DNA from: Octopus bimaculoides
Taxonomy: Eukaryota
Length of the DNA stretch: 33,024 nucleotides
Reading direction: 5' to 3'
Assembly: GCF_001194135.2 (NCBI RefSeq)
Contig: NC_068982.1
Location: 29,758,443-29,791,466, forward strand
A program made the translations under genes and the position numbers. This document shows positions 1 through 10,367 of the stretch, piece by piece (position 1 is the stretch's first letter; each line of letters begins with the position of its first letter). Below the pieces are notes generated by a model. The model searched no databases. It was not told where the DNA came from and was given only the letters and a program-made list of their open reading frames with translations.

Positions 1-349
1 TTTTGAGCATCTCTGCAGAGATTCCTGATGGGCCGGGGGCTTTCCCGGTCTTCATACTCTTAATTGCTTTATCTACCCTGGTACTATCAACTCGGATAGC
101 TGGTCCCTCTATTGGGTCGACATACGGCAGGCTCTCTTTCTCCCATTCATTCTCTTTATTAAGCAATCTATCGTAGTGGCATCTCCAGACCTCTTTCTTT
201 GCATCCTCATTTAATGCAAGCGTACCATCATCCATGCGAACACATTTCTCTCCTACAACATCACTATTCTCTCTCCTACACTGTCTTGCAACACGAAATA
301 CCTCGAGTCTTTGGTCCTCACGGCGCAGAACATTGGCAAATCTTTCCTT
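1..349 (-). mobile_element. Non-LTR retrotransposon (RTE-like LINE) ORF2 fragment, region just upstream of the RT domain; runs off the window edge
   Basis: Manual minus-strand translation is stop-free: KERFANVLRREDQRLEVFRVARQCRRENSDVVGEKCVRMDDGTLALNEDAKKEVWRCHYDRLLNKENEWEKESLPYVDPIEGPAIRVDSTRVDKAIKSMKTGKAPGPSGISAEMLK. The KAPGPxGIxAEMLK motif is the typical pre-RT motif of LINE ORF2. Confidence 0.88.
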
Positions 350-350
350 C

Positions 351-615
351 CATATATATATATATGTATGTATGTATGTATTTATTTATGTGTGTGTGTC
401 TGTGTTTATCCACCCCCACCCCCACCATCACTTGACAACCGATGCTGGTGTTTACATACCTGTAACTTAATGGTTTGGCAAAAGTGACTGATAGAATAAG
501 TACTAGGCTTACAAAGAATAAGTCTTGGGGTTGATTTCTTTGACTAACACCCTTTAAGGTGGTGCTCCAGCATGACCCCAATCAAATGATTGAAACATGT
601 AAAAGAATCAAAGAA
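351..615 (+). mobile_element. SINE family A, 3' half (microsatellite + tail)
   Basis: Matches the tails of the 2351-2756 and 8641-9053 copies (GACAACCGATGCTGGTG...GATAGAATAAGTACTAGGCTTACAAAGAATAAGTC...GGTGCTCCAGCATG); abuts the LINE fragment. Confidence 0.85.
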
Positions 616-850
616 TATGCACCAGGAAATGTCATTTAGATAAGATGTTTGGTAAGTACAGAGAATTATATAGAACAAACTGAATTGACTTTAAGAAAAT
701 GTAACAACTAAAAACAGCAAATCAATATGAAGTTTGCATTTCATTGGAAAATATCGACCATACTTTAACATACATAATTAATCAATGAATTGACATTTAT
801 AGACTTTTATTGTTGTTAAATTAGCAAAATAATTAAAGTATCAGTTTGTA

Positions 851-1235
851 AAATGGTAAACTTGCAGAATTATTGGAGAGTCAGTCAAAATATTTTGTGG
901 TATTTGTTCTGAGTCTTAATGCTCTGAGTTCAAATCATGCCAGAATTGATTTTGTCTTTCTCACTGGAACTGACAGAAAAAAATACCAGTTATGTGATGG
1001 AGTAAATGTAATCAACTTCCTCAAATTCTGATCTTTTATGTGTCTAAGAAATCATCATTATTGTTAGCACCATTTCTTCTGATACTTTATGTTTCTGGTT
1101 CAAATTCCATTGAGATCAACATTGCTTCTCATTATTTTGGGGTTGGTAAAATAGGTACCCACTGAACACTAGGGTCAATGTCACCAACTTACTCCCCTTA
1201 AGATTGGTCCCCTTGAGCCAAAATTTGAAACCATT
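851..1235 (+). mobile_element. Two diverged head-to-tail SINE family B copies
   Basis: Two successive B-box-like CTG(A/G)GTTCAAAT motifs, each followed by ...AAATA(G)GTACC(A/C)... and ...TCAACTT...; align to 27903-28130. Confidence 0.65.
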
Positions 1236-1243
1236 TTTATTTC

Positions 1244-1282
1244 TATTATTATTATTATTATTATTATTGTTGTTGTTGTTGC

Positions 1283-1340
<58 letters not shown>

Positions 1341-1367
1341 ATTATTATTATTATTATTATCATTATT
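1244..1367. repeat. Compound microsatellite (ATT)n(GTT)n(ATT)n
   Basis: Read directly; source of the poly-N, poly-L and poly-T ORFs. Confidence 0.97.
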
Positions 1368-1369
1368 CA

Positions 1370-1770
1370 AGTGGGATCACTGCCAGATCAACGGTCTTGC
1401 TTCCGTGCCGGTGGCACGTAAAAAGCACCATTTGAGCGCGATCGTTTCCAGCATTACTTTACTGGCACTTGTGCTGGTGGCATGTGAACAAAACATTGGA
1501 CTGACTCCTGTGCAGGTAGCACGTAAAAAACACCATTTGAGCATGGTCGTTGCCAGTACCACCGGACTGGCCCTCGTGCCGGTGGCACATAAAAAACACC
1601 CACTACACTCTCGGAGTGGTTGCCATTAAGAAAGCCATCCAGCTGTAAAAACTCTGCCACATCAGATTGGAGTCTGGTGTAGCCATCTGGTTTGCCAGTC
1701 CCCAGTCAAATCATCCAACCCATGCTAGCATGGAAAGCGGATGTTAAATGATGATGATGATGATGATTAT
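1370..1770 (+). mobile_element. Family C retroposon 3' end with internal tandem units and (GAT)n tail
   Basis: Repeated GCCGGTGGCACGTAAAAA-CACC units, then CTACACTCTCGGAGTGGTTGCCATTAAGAAAGCCATCCAGCTGTA...CCAACCCATGCTAGCATGGAAAGCGGATGTTAAATGATGATG; homologous to 11135, 13515, 16465 and 29300. Confidence 0.8.
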
Positions 1771-1819
1771 CATTATTGTTGTTGTTGTTACATAGTTTCC
1801 TGGCTCCTTCCTGCAGCTT

Positions 1820-2000
1820 TGAGATGCATTACGTGCCACCGGCATGGGTATCACAACTACAATTTCTATTTGATCTTCATTTTGATGTTGATGTACTTGA
1901 TTCAATAGGTTTCCTCAAGCACAGTAGGTCACCCTACGATCCAAGGTACTTTTGAATGGGCTGGGGCTGGTTATGCGAAACTGTTGTATGCTGTACTGTG
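1820..2000 (-). mobile_element. Family C-related fragment, more 5' part, opposite orientation
   Basis: Contains TTACGTGCCACCGGC (reverse complement of the C unit) and GTATCACAACTACAATTTC, similar to 29585-29610. Confidence 0.55.
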
Positions 2001-2350
2001 TGTTCATTTCTTATTTTGCATCTTTTATTTTATTATTGATGTTCTTTCTATATAAATGAAGCTATGTCCTTAAATTTGCTGCTTTTCTTTACACAGACTG
2101 AGAAGATACGTTGAGGAACTGTTATTTTAATGAGTTGTATCTGTTTATCAGCCGCATCTCCACCGTCAGATCCTCCTGAACCAGTTGTTGGGTATCCCAC
2201 CCATGAAGTATCAATGCCAGATGAGTTGAAACAATTGCAGTGATTAATAAAAACTCGTGTATCTTCCATCTTCCACCTTCCATCTCTAATTAATCAAATA
2301 TATATATATGTATATATGTATATATATGTATATATATGTATATATATATT

Positions 2351-2756
2351 CTTTACTCTTTTACTTGTTTCAGTCATTTGACTGTGGCCATGCTGGAGCA
2401 CCGCCTTTGTAGTCAAGCAAATCAACCCCAGGACTTATTCTTTGGAAGCCTAGTACTTATTCTATCGGTTTCTTTTGCCGAACCGCTAAGCTACGGGGAT
2501 GTAAACACACCACCACCAGTTGTCAAGTGATGTTGGGGAGACAAACACAGACACACAAACATATAGACACACATACATATATATACATATATACGATGGA
2601 CTTCTTTCAGTTTCCGTCTACCAAATCCACTCACAAGGCTTGGGTCGGCCTGAGGCTATAGTAGAAGACACTTGCCCAAGGTGCCACACAGTGGGAATGA
2701 TCCCAAACCATGTGGTTGGTAAGCAATTTACTTACAACACAGCCACTCCTGTGCCT
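2351..2756 (-). mobile_element. SINE family A, near full length (tRNA-derived, CORE-like)
   Basis: Minus strand: GGCACAGGAGTGGCTGTGTTGTAAG A-box region, GGTTTGGGATCATTCCC B-box region, ACCTTGGGCAAGTGTCTT (like the CORE motif GACCTTGGGCAAGTCACTT), internal TA/TG microsatellite, (AGTAAAAG)n tail. Octopus OR-type SINEs are known tRNA/CORE SINEs; exact family assignment not verified. Confidence 0.9.
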
Positions 2757-2788
2757 ATAGATAGATAGATAGATAGATAGATAGATTG

Positions 2789-2819
<31 letters not shown>

Positions 2820-3070
2820 GATAGATAGATAGATATAGATATGTTATATATATGTATAGATATTTATGTGCTTGTGCCTCTCTCCCAGAGAGTGAGAGGG
2901 GGATATATATTTATATACATATACATATATATTTATATACATCTACATATACACATATTTATAAACGTATATCTGCATATATATATTTATATACATATAT
3001 AATATGTGTGTGTGTGTATGTGTGCATGTGTGTGTGTATGTATGTATATATGTGTGTTTGTGTGTATGTA
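2757..3070. repeat. (GATA)n followed by TA/TG-rich microsatellite
   Basis: Read directly. Confidence 0.95.
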
Positions 3071-3404
3071 CGTAGACACTTCAGCTCATGATTAATGCTG
3101 TTTCTACAATACCTTGTAAATATTGAAATGTTTATCACTATTTGCAATAATAATGAAATCCATCCAGTCTTATTTGAAAATAAACTAGCATTAATTTCAA
3201 ATGAAACTATATTTTATTAATGAGATTTCATCATAATTAAATTTTTACTTATTTTTCGTATAGAGTATCAGAAGACTACTTATTGAAATATTAATTACTT
3301 AAGTTTTATTTCTATTTAATATTATAATGCTACCAAAAACTTTGAAATTCCTAAGAACAGTTTATAAGAAAGACGTTAATGGTATACATAGAACAAAACA
3401 TATC

Positions 3405-3683
3405 TACGAAGATAATCCCAAAAGTAAGGTCTCCAAAATATTTAGAAATCACAGGAATGTTTATTGTCAGTGATGTTGACATCATTTTAAAGTTTGAACA
3501 TTTATCTATTTTCTACATAGTCACCATTTCGGTTGACGCATTTTTGTAGGCGCTGGGGCAGTTTTTGTATGCCCATGTCATACCAGCTCACCGCCATGTT
3601 TTTGAGAAAGTGCTGAACCTCATCTTTCAATTTCTCATCGTTGCTGAAGCAAGTTCCAGCCAAATTTTCTTTCAACTTAGGGA
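3405..3683 (-). mobile_element. Mariner transposon 3' fragment (transposase C-terminus + 3' TIR)
   Basis: Minus ORF PKLKENLAGTCFSNDEKLKDEVQHFLKNMAVSWYDMGIQKLPQRLQKCVNRNGDYVE matches the mariner C-terminal consensus (GI.KL..RW.KCV...GDYVEK); TIR-like TACGAAGATAATCCCAAAAGTAAGGTCTCC at 3405. Confidence 0.88.
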
Positions 3684-3772
3684 CACTTGCCCAAGGTGCC
3701 ACACAGTGGGACTGAACCCAGAACTACATGGTTGGGAAGCAAACTTCTTACTACAGAGTCATGCCTGCACCT
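3683..3772 (-). mobile_element. SINE family A head fragment truncating the mariner
   Basis: GACACTTGCCCAAGGTGCCACACAGTGGGACTGAACCC...GCCTGCACCT matches the A heads. Confidence 0.85.
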
Positions 3773-3944
3773 CTGTTCATATTTAATTTCAATTTATTAG
3801 ACTCTTTCAAAAGTTCCAGATACTTTTGTTGAAAACAGAGCAGTTATTTAAGTATTGCACGAACAAGATATAACCTTGAATGACTAATTGTTTGTATGGT
3901 ACTGCAATGATTAAGAGAGTCACATACTATTATTAATTTACTTA

Positions 3945-4160
3945 TTTCAGTCATTGAACTACGACCATGCTGGGGCAGCACCTTAAATAGTTTATTTTAT
4001 CATCAAATCAACTCTTGCATTCCGTATGTAAATCTGGTGCTTATTCTATAGATTGTTTTTGCTTGAACTACTCAGTAACAATAATGTAAACAAACCAACA
4101 TCAGTTGTCAAACGGTGGGGAAAGAAATACACACACACAAATATACATAGATGCACATAT
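3945..4160 (-). mobile_element. Old diverged SINE family A 3' half
   Basis: CTTATTTCAGTCATTGAACTACGACCATGCTGGGGCAGCACC...GTAAACAAACCAACATCAGTTGTCAAACG aligns to the A tail. Confidence 0.7.
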
Positions 4161-4161
4161 A

Positions 4162-4373
4162 TATGAAGGGGTGCTAGAAAGTTTCTGGCTTTAAGGGTGT
4201 CACAAAAGGCCTGGTCAGAGGCCCAACCTTCCAAGTTATTTTATAGGACTTAGGAAAACTAAAGGACCGTTGTGTGAATCTGAGAGGGGAATATGTTGAA
4301 TAAAATCATAATTAATTGTTCCTCTTGTATTTTCTTTTACCCAAAGCCAGGAACTTTTCAGCATACCCTTGTA
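4162..4373 (+). mobile_element. Mariner-derived MITE (~210 bp), copy 1 of 3
   Basis: TIRs TATGAAGGGGTGCTAGAAAGTTTCTGGCTTT / AAAGCCAGGAACTTTTCAGCATACCCTTGTA with terminal TA; interior encodes CVNLRGEYVE* (mariner C-terminus). Confidence 0.85.
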
Positions 4374-4814
4374 TATGCATAAAATAAGAACTCAAATGGA
4401 ATTTAAAGGTTCACAACACCAGTTTCAGCAGCATTTTTTTTATTGGTGAATAGGTTGATTACATAGATTTTGTCATGAAAATATCCACTTTCAGGGATCT
4501 TTTCTGTTTGGCTGTACTTGTGGAAATTTCAAAGTTTATTGGAAAATTTTAAAATTTAATGTATTCATGTAGTTTTCACATTTAATCTCAGGAAATACTT
4601 AACTTTTTCCAGAAATTTTTTTTTTTTCAGTTATACAGGTTTAAAGTTTGAAAATTTTTACCCAGTTAGAAAACAGGATTTGGAAGCTGTCATTTTGTGT
4701 ACCTCAGCTGGTATTTCTGAAATACTTAACACATCACTAGAATGTACTTTCCATAAAGGTGCTTATGGGTATAACATAATGAGTGAGTTCTTAATATTCT
4801 TTTAATAAAATTCT

Positions 4815-5330
4815 AAGCGGAATTCTGCTTCACACATGGCATATAACCCTTCATAACTCTTTTATTTTTTTGAATTTTCAGAAAACTTTTGCAAATTTGT
4901 GTTCTACACACAGGAACTCATACAACTATGCAAAAATAAAAAGAAAATTTATGTGTGATTTAAGGGTTATTTAGCTGTTAATTTTACACATCTCATGACC
5001 ACTTTATACTATCCTCGTTTGTTTGTCACTGATGTTTTGATGTTTTTCAATATCTTTCTCCCTATAGATACATTTAATGGTCTATTGCTGGGATTTAAAC
5101 CAAAAATTCAGACAGTCCATACTTTAAACTGTGATTTGAAAGCAATAAAAAAAAAAATATTCCAAAGAATAAAAAAGAAATTAGAATTTTGAAAAATTCT
5201 TTAAAAATCGTTCTTCATAATCGTATGAATTCTCATGTGTTGAACACAAATTCCCAAACATTTTCTGAAAATTCCCAAAAATTAAAATGTTATGAGGTTA
5301 TATGGCATGCATAAAGCAGAATTCTGCCAA
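4815..5330. repeat. Fold-back element with ~125-bp diverged inverted arms (4817-4940 / 5205-5328)
   Basis: GCGGAATTCTGCTTCACACATGGCATATAACC...TTTTCAGAAAA...AATTTGTGTTC pairs with GAACACAAATT...TTTTCTGAAAA...GGTTATATGGCATGCATAAAGCAGAATTCTGC; spacer shares sequence with 8293-10035. Confidence 0.75.
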
Positions 5331-6204
5331 ATTCTGGTATGTCACTGTTAGCACTTCTATTGTATTTCACTTTAATTTTTTTAAAGGGCAAGTTTAGCTA
5401 GTGTGAAGTGTATCTCTGGTCCTCACATTATAAATTCTTGTTTCCCGGGAGTGGTGTATAAAATGGTGGAAAAAAATACAAGAAAATGAGCTTTCATGAA
5501 CTGTGATGCTTTATTCATCCGCTAAATAAAATAATACAGTGAACCAGGTGGATACATCATGAAGATAACTGTCTGTAGAAAGCAAACATAGTTCGCTTCT
5601 CAATTCAGTCAGAATTTGGTTACATGTGCTTCAAAAACTGGAACAAAATGACATGATATAGCTTCCTTGAAAGAAATTCTCCTCTCACTGAAAATGTTCA
5701 CCTCACTGCCAAAGGCAGAAAAATTTCCCCCTATTTAAAAACAGAAAGAGGCTCAACAAGCATTTGATTTTACTGCACTGCACTGGTTGATTTATCACAT
5801 AATGTGATTGGAAACAAAACTGCATCCCATGTAAAACTAGACCAATCTAGACCAAAGAAATGGACTCAGTCAAGTATGACACCGTCACATGACCAGTTTA
5901 TGTGACCAATCGTTAGGAACAGGTAGGATGAGCCAATTTCCGACTATTTAAGCTTAAACAAGCAATTTATGACAACAGTCTTGCTACAGCAAGTTATTAC
6001 ACTTTTTTACATCAGTAAACCGCCTGTCAACCACACTTTAAACATTTAAATATAAAAAAAAAGAATGTTTAAAATTTTTTTTTAAAAATGGAAACCAAAA
6101 TTAAAATAAAATTCAAACAAATATTTTCTGATTGGCGACATCAATGTGCTTCATTGGTCGGAAGGGGTTGTTGGAGAAGAAGTGTGGATTATAGTGTGGA
6201 TATT

Positions 6205-6790
6205 GAAGTTGAAGAAACTAGTTTGTTACCAGACGTTTCCAGTTCAGACTGTCAGCTGTCAGCATGCTGCAAGAACTTGCATAGAATACCTTTGCCCTTC
6301 TTCACCTTTCTTATTGCTGTTCTTTCAGCTCCACCAACTCTTCCTTTGTGTGCAGTTGCTGATGCACTTTTGCCTTGGACCTTAATGTTATAAAGATTGT
6401 ATTGCTACTCAAATCACATAAATCATCTTGTATTGCTCTTGAAATCCTCTGTCACATCGTTGGGATACTTGTTAAGGTCACTGTACAATGAAGGCACTAT
6501 CTCTTGAATTATTATCTGGCTTATGGGGAGATACACAGATGAATCAGTCATTCAAGCCAAAAGGAAAGAAGCTGTTCCATTTTATCAATAGTTTTGCATC
6601 TTTTCTTGGTGATTACAATGCTCTGCATTCCTAGAGCAGTATCTTGAATGTAAGTCGAAAATCTTTTGTGAATATTCGTAAATATCAACATCTGACTTTA
6701 GCGATAAGTGCCTGCTTGTGCTATCATCTTTTCACCTTGTTCAAAATATTTTATCATAGCCAATGTATTTTACAAAAAATATAAGCATGG
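6205..6790 (-). pseudogene. Decayed Tigger/pogo-type transposase (HTH and CENP-B-like region to start of DDE domain)
   Basis: Manual minus translation with stops and frameshifts: MIKYFEQGEK...VITKKRCKTIDKMEQLLSFWLE*...PISQIIIQEIVPSLYSDL...YNLYNIKVQGKSASA...ADSLNWKRL, matching the Tigger pattern TKKR..IEEMEKLL..W / IQEKA.SL / LHNIKV.GEAASAD / DETGL.WK. Confidence 0.78.
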
Positions 6791-7409
6791 TGCTTAGGAC
6801 CACCAGGACTAGAGTTGACAGTAGGAGCTTTCATGTGAAGAATAGCGTATGAAAATAAAAAATGCAAAATTTTTACACAGTAAACACACACATGTTTGAA
6901 TAACTTGATACAAACTACAACACTATCTCACAATGGAATGCAGGAATTATCATTGCCAAAAGCCATTTAAATAAATGTAAATATTGTAACTATGTACATT
7001 TAAAAAAATTCATTACCGTTTATCTGTTTTTGTAAATAATTTGTAAATATTTTCACATGTATTTTATCTGCCATTTCCTTATTGGTTTTTTAAATTTTTT
7101 AATGCTGTTTTTAAATGTGTTCATAGAGGACTGATATAAAGTCAAGAAAGGTGCAACTCGAAATGATATAAGTTGAGGTGTGTCTTTTATATGTATATAT
7201 TTAAATGTGTACAGAGGCAGTCTTTCAATATTAGTAGGTAACAGCATTCATCCATACAGTGATTCAATGGAACTTACTGAAGCAAGCCAGCATGCTCACA
7301 GCACTACTGCAGGTTATGGCAAGGTTAAGGCACTGGAAAAACCAAATACTCTCACAAGCATCACCTGATACCTTGGTGAGGTGAGCTGCCAGTAATGACA
7401 AGAACTTCG

Positions 7410-7803
7410 GGCACAGGCATGGCTGTGTGATAAGGAGCTTGCTCCCCAGCCACATGGTTCTAGGTTCAGTCCCACTGCTTAGGGCATCTTGGACAAGTGT
7501 CTTTTATTATAGCCTCAGGCCAACCAAAGCCTTGTGAGTGGATTTGGGAGACAAAAACTGAAAGAAACCTGTTGTATATATATACATAGATATATACACA
7601 TATACATATATGTGTACATATCTATGTATATGTGTCTTGTGTCTTGTTTATGTCCCCTGTAACTTAGTGGGTCAGCAAAAAAGATCAATGGAATAAGTAC
7701 TAGGCTTAAGGAAAAAAAAAGGCATGGGGTCGATTTGACTAAAAACCATTTAAAGCAGTGCCCCAGCATGGCCACAGTCTAATGACTGAAACAAGTAAAA
7801 GAT
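7410..7803 (+). mobile_element. SINE family A, near full length
   Basis: GGCACAGGCATGGCTGTGTGATAAG...GGTTCAGTCCCAC head, microsatellite, tail ending ATGACTGAAACAAGTAAAAG. Confidence 0.9.
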
Positions 7804-8640
7804 ATACATACATAAACACACACATATATACACATAAACACACATAAACACACATAAACACACACATGTATTTTAAATGGTTTCCATCAACGAAATTTAT
7901 GCATGAAGATGCTTTGTGGTTGACTTGAGGCTATAGCAAGTAGGTGTCACTTATTCAACATACCGTGCAGCAGGAGATGAAGCAGAAAAATAATTTTCTT
8001 TCTTTTAAATGCAAGGTAAAAAATGTAACTATTAGAATATTTTTTCTGCGATCTATACAACGCCTCCTTCAGTTGCAAACTCCCACTTTAGTTTTAAGAA
8101 ATATTTCAAATTGTCATATAATTAGTCATGAAACTTGTATGTCAGCTTGTGTTTTGCAGTGAATAAAGTTGTTTTTTCTTTAATTGGTTAAAGCATTTCA
8201 GTGATGACCTGGAGAGGAATGTGTTTCTTCAGGTCTAAGAATGTCTAAGACTCACTGTATGTCATGACAATCCTTAGAATCCCATCAGGTTGTTAAGGTG
8301 GCAGGTTTCAGATCAGGACATCCACATAAGTTAGATTTTCTCTGTTTTGATGGGGAATTTTCCACTTTTTTTACCTCAGCCTTCTAAATGATGGGCAGTT
8401 GGTATCTGTATATGATAAACATTTTTGATTTTCATTTCACTTCACCTCTCTCACCACCCCACTGCTGGGCGATTTGGGCCATTTTTTTTTTAATGGGAGA
8501 AGTCTTTACAGTAAAAAAAAAAACCCAAAAAACTGTAAATATTTTCAGAAGCAAAGGTGTGTGTTTTAAGGGAGATTTGGCTGTTGTTTCCAGCACATCT
8601 CATGACCATCTTCCTCATTTCTTTGTCATTCTCACATATA

Positions 8641-9053
8641 CTCTTTTACTCTTTTACTTGTTTCAGTCATTTGACTGCGGCCATGCTGGGGCACCGCCTT
8701 TAGTCGAGCAAATTGACCCCAGGACTTATTCTTTGTAAGCCTAGTACTTATTCTATCGGTCTCTTTTTGCCGAACCGCTAAGTTATGGGGACGTAAACAC
8801 ACCAGCATCAGTTGTCAAGTGATGTTGGGGGGGACAAACACAGACACACGAACATACACACAAACATATATATATATACATATATATATACGACGGGCTT
8901 CTTTCAGTTTCCGTCTACCAAATCCACTCACAAGGCCTTGGTCGGCCCGAGGCTATAGTAGAAGTCACTTGCCCAAGGTGCCACGCAGTGGGACTGAAAC
9001 CGGAACCATGTGGTTGGTAAGCAAGCTACTTACCACACAACCACTCCCACGCC
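8641..9053 (-). mobile_element. SINE family A, young full-length copy inside the left arm
   Basis: Complete head, microsatellite and tail. Removing it rejoins CTCACATA...TTGATGTTTTTCA, as seen uninterrupted in the right arm. Confidence 0.92.
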
Positions 9054-9630
9054 TATTGATGTTTTTCAATATTTTTCTTCCTATAAATACATTTTATGAT
9101 TTGATGATGGTGGAAGTAACGCACATAGAGTACATTGTTGGGATTTAAGCAACAAAAATAAAAAACTTGTAATTTAAATTTTCTACTCAACCCACCCCAA
9201 ATCAAGTGACATTGAGAGTGAGTGTGTGTGTGTGAGTGTGTAAGGAAAAGCATATTTACTAACAGAAAAGTATACTATTAAAATAAATTAACTTTTACAT
9301 GCTTCTGTTTTAAATCACTGTGGATAATTCCCAGCAACGATCATCTCAGTCCTTCCAATATCTTAAAGTTATAAACAGAAACAATAGGGGTGGGGGAATG
9401 GTGTTAAAAGAAATCATAAATATTCCCAATTTTTTTTATGGTAGTATGATAGTATAGGAGAGAAAAATGCTGAAAAACATCAATACATGTAAGAGTGACA
9501 AAGAAATGAGAAAGGTAGTCATGGGATATGCTAGAAGCAACAACCAAATCTCCCTTAAATCGCACATCTTTACTTCTGAAAATATTTACAATTTTTCTTT
9601 TACTGCAAAGGTTTCTCCCATGGTTTTTAA

Positions 9631-9830
9631 GTGTGTGTCTGTGTTTGTCCCTCCAACATCGCTTCACAACCGATGCTGGTGTGTTTACGTCCCCGTAACT
9701 TAGCAGTTCAGCAACAGAGACCGATAGAATAAGTACTAGACTTACAAAGAATAAGTCCCGGGATTGATTTGCTCGACTAAAGGCAGTGCTCCAGCATGGC
9801 CACAGTCAAATGACTGAAACAAGTAAAAAC
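9631..9830 (+). mobile_element. SINE family A, 5'-truncated copy inside the right arm
   Basis: GTGTCTGTGTTTGTCCC...GATAGAATAAGTACTAG...ATGACTGAAACAAGTAAAA. Confidence 0.9.
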
Positions 9831-10172
9831 AAAAATGAATAAAATAAAGTGTGTAGTGGTGAGAGAGGTGAAGTGAAAAAAACAATCAAAAATTTTCCAA
9901 AATGCTTTTTCATAAAAAGATGCCCCCATCATTTTAAAGACTATAGCAAAAAAAAAAAAAAAATTGTAAAATTCCACGTCAAAATGGAGCAATTTCAACT
10001 TATGTGGGCATCCTAATCCAAAACTTTGCCATTAAGGGCTCATGGCATGGTAGATGTGAAGAGTTAATTTGTCTTAAGAGAAAACAAATGATGCATTTGA
10101 GAAAGGCAACATAGAGTATTGTGGGGTTGTTTTGTAGTGAAGATCTTGCTGGTTTAATTTTTGATTTTGCTG

Positions 10173-10367
10173 TTGACCTTTTAGCATTTAGAATAGCCAT
10201 ATCCCGCCCAAATATTCTACTTGTTTTATGTTCAAACTGGCCAGATTAGGCCTCTCACACCCACCCTACAAAGTCATTCTAAAAATATACAATCTCACCA
10301 TTGAAATCTCACAGCCACAAGATAATGCATGTTTAATTCAAAACAATCCTGAATGCTGAAGGGTCAA
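10173..10367. mobile_element. piggyBac-like MITE family D, copy 1
   Basis: Ends TTGACCTTTTAGCATTT / GAATGCTGAAGGGTCAA (decayed TTAA-CCCTT...AAGGG-TTAA); interior similar to 29868-30096. Confidence 0.65.

Larger units (their letters stand above)
8293..10035. mobile_element. Large palindromic (fold-back) non-autonomous element with a SINE A insertion in each arm
   Basis: 8299-8490 pairs with 9850-10031; 8494-8640 pairs with 9480-9621; 9055-9180 pairs loosely with 9290-9480. TTAA at both outer ends. Confidence 0.8.

Noticed and set aside
1116-1629. Poly-N, poly-T and poly-L ORFs
   Set aside because: Translations of the (ATT)/(GTT) microsatellite and a family C repeat.
2097-2243. In-frame TGA (TEKIR*GTVIL...) as a possible selenocysteine codon
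   Set aside because: No resemblance to selenoprotein motifs I know and no SECIS identified.
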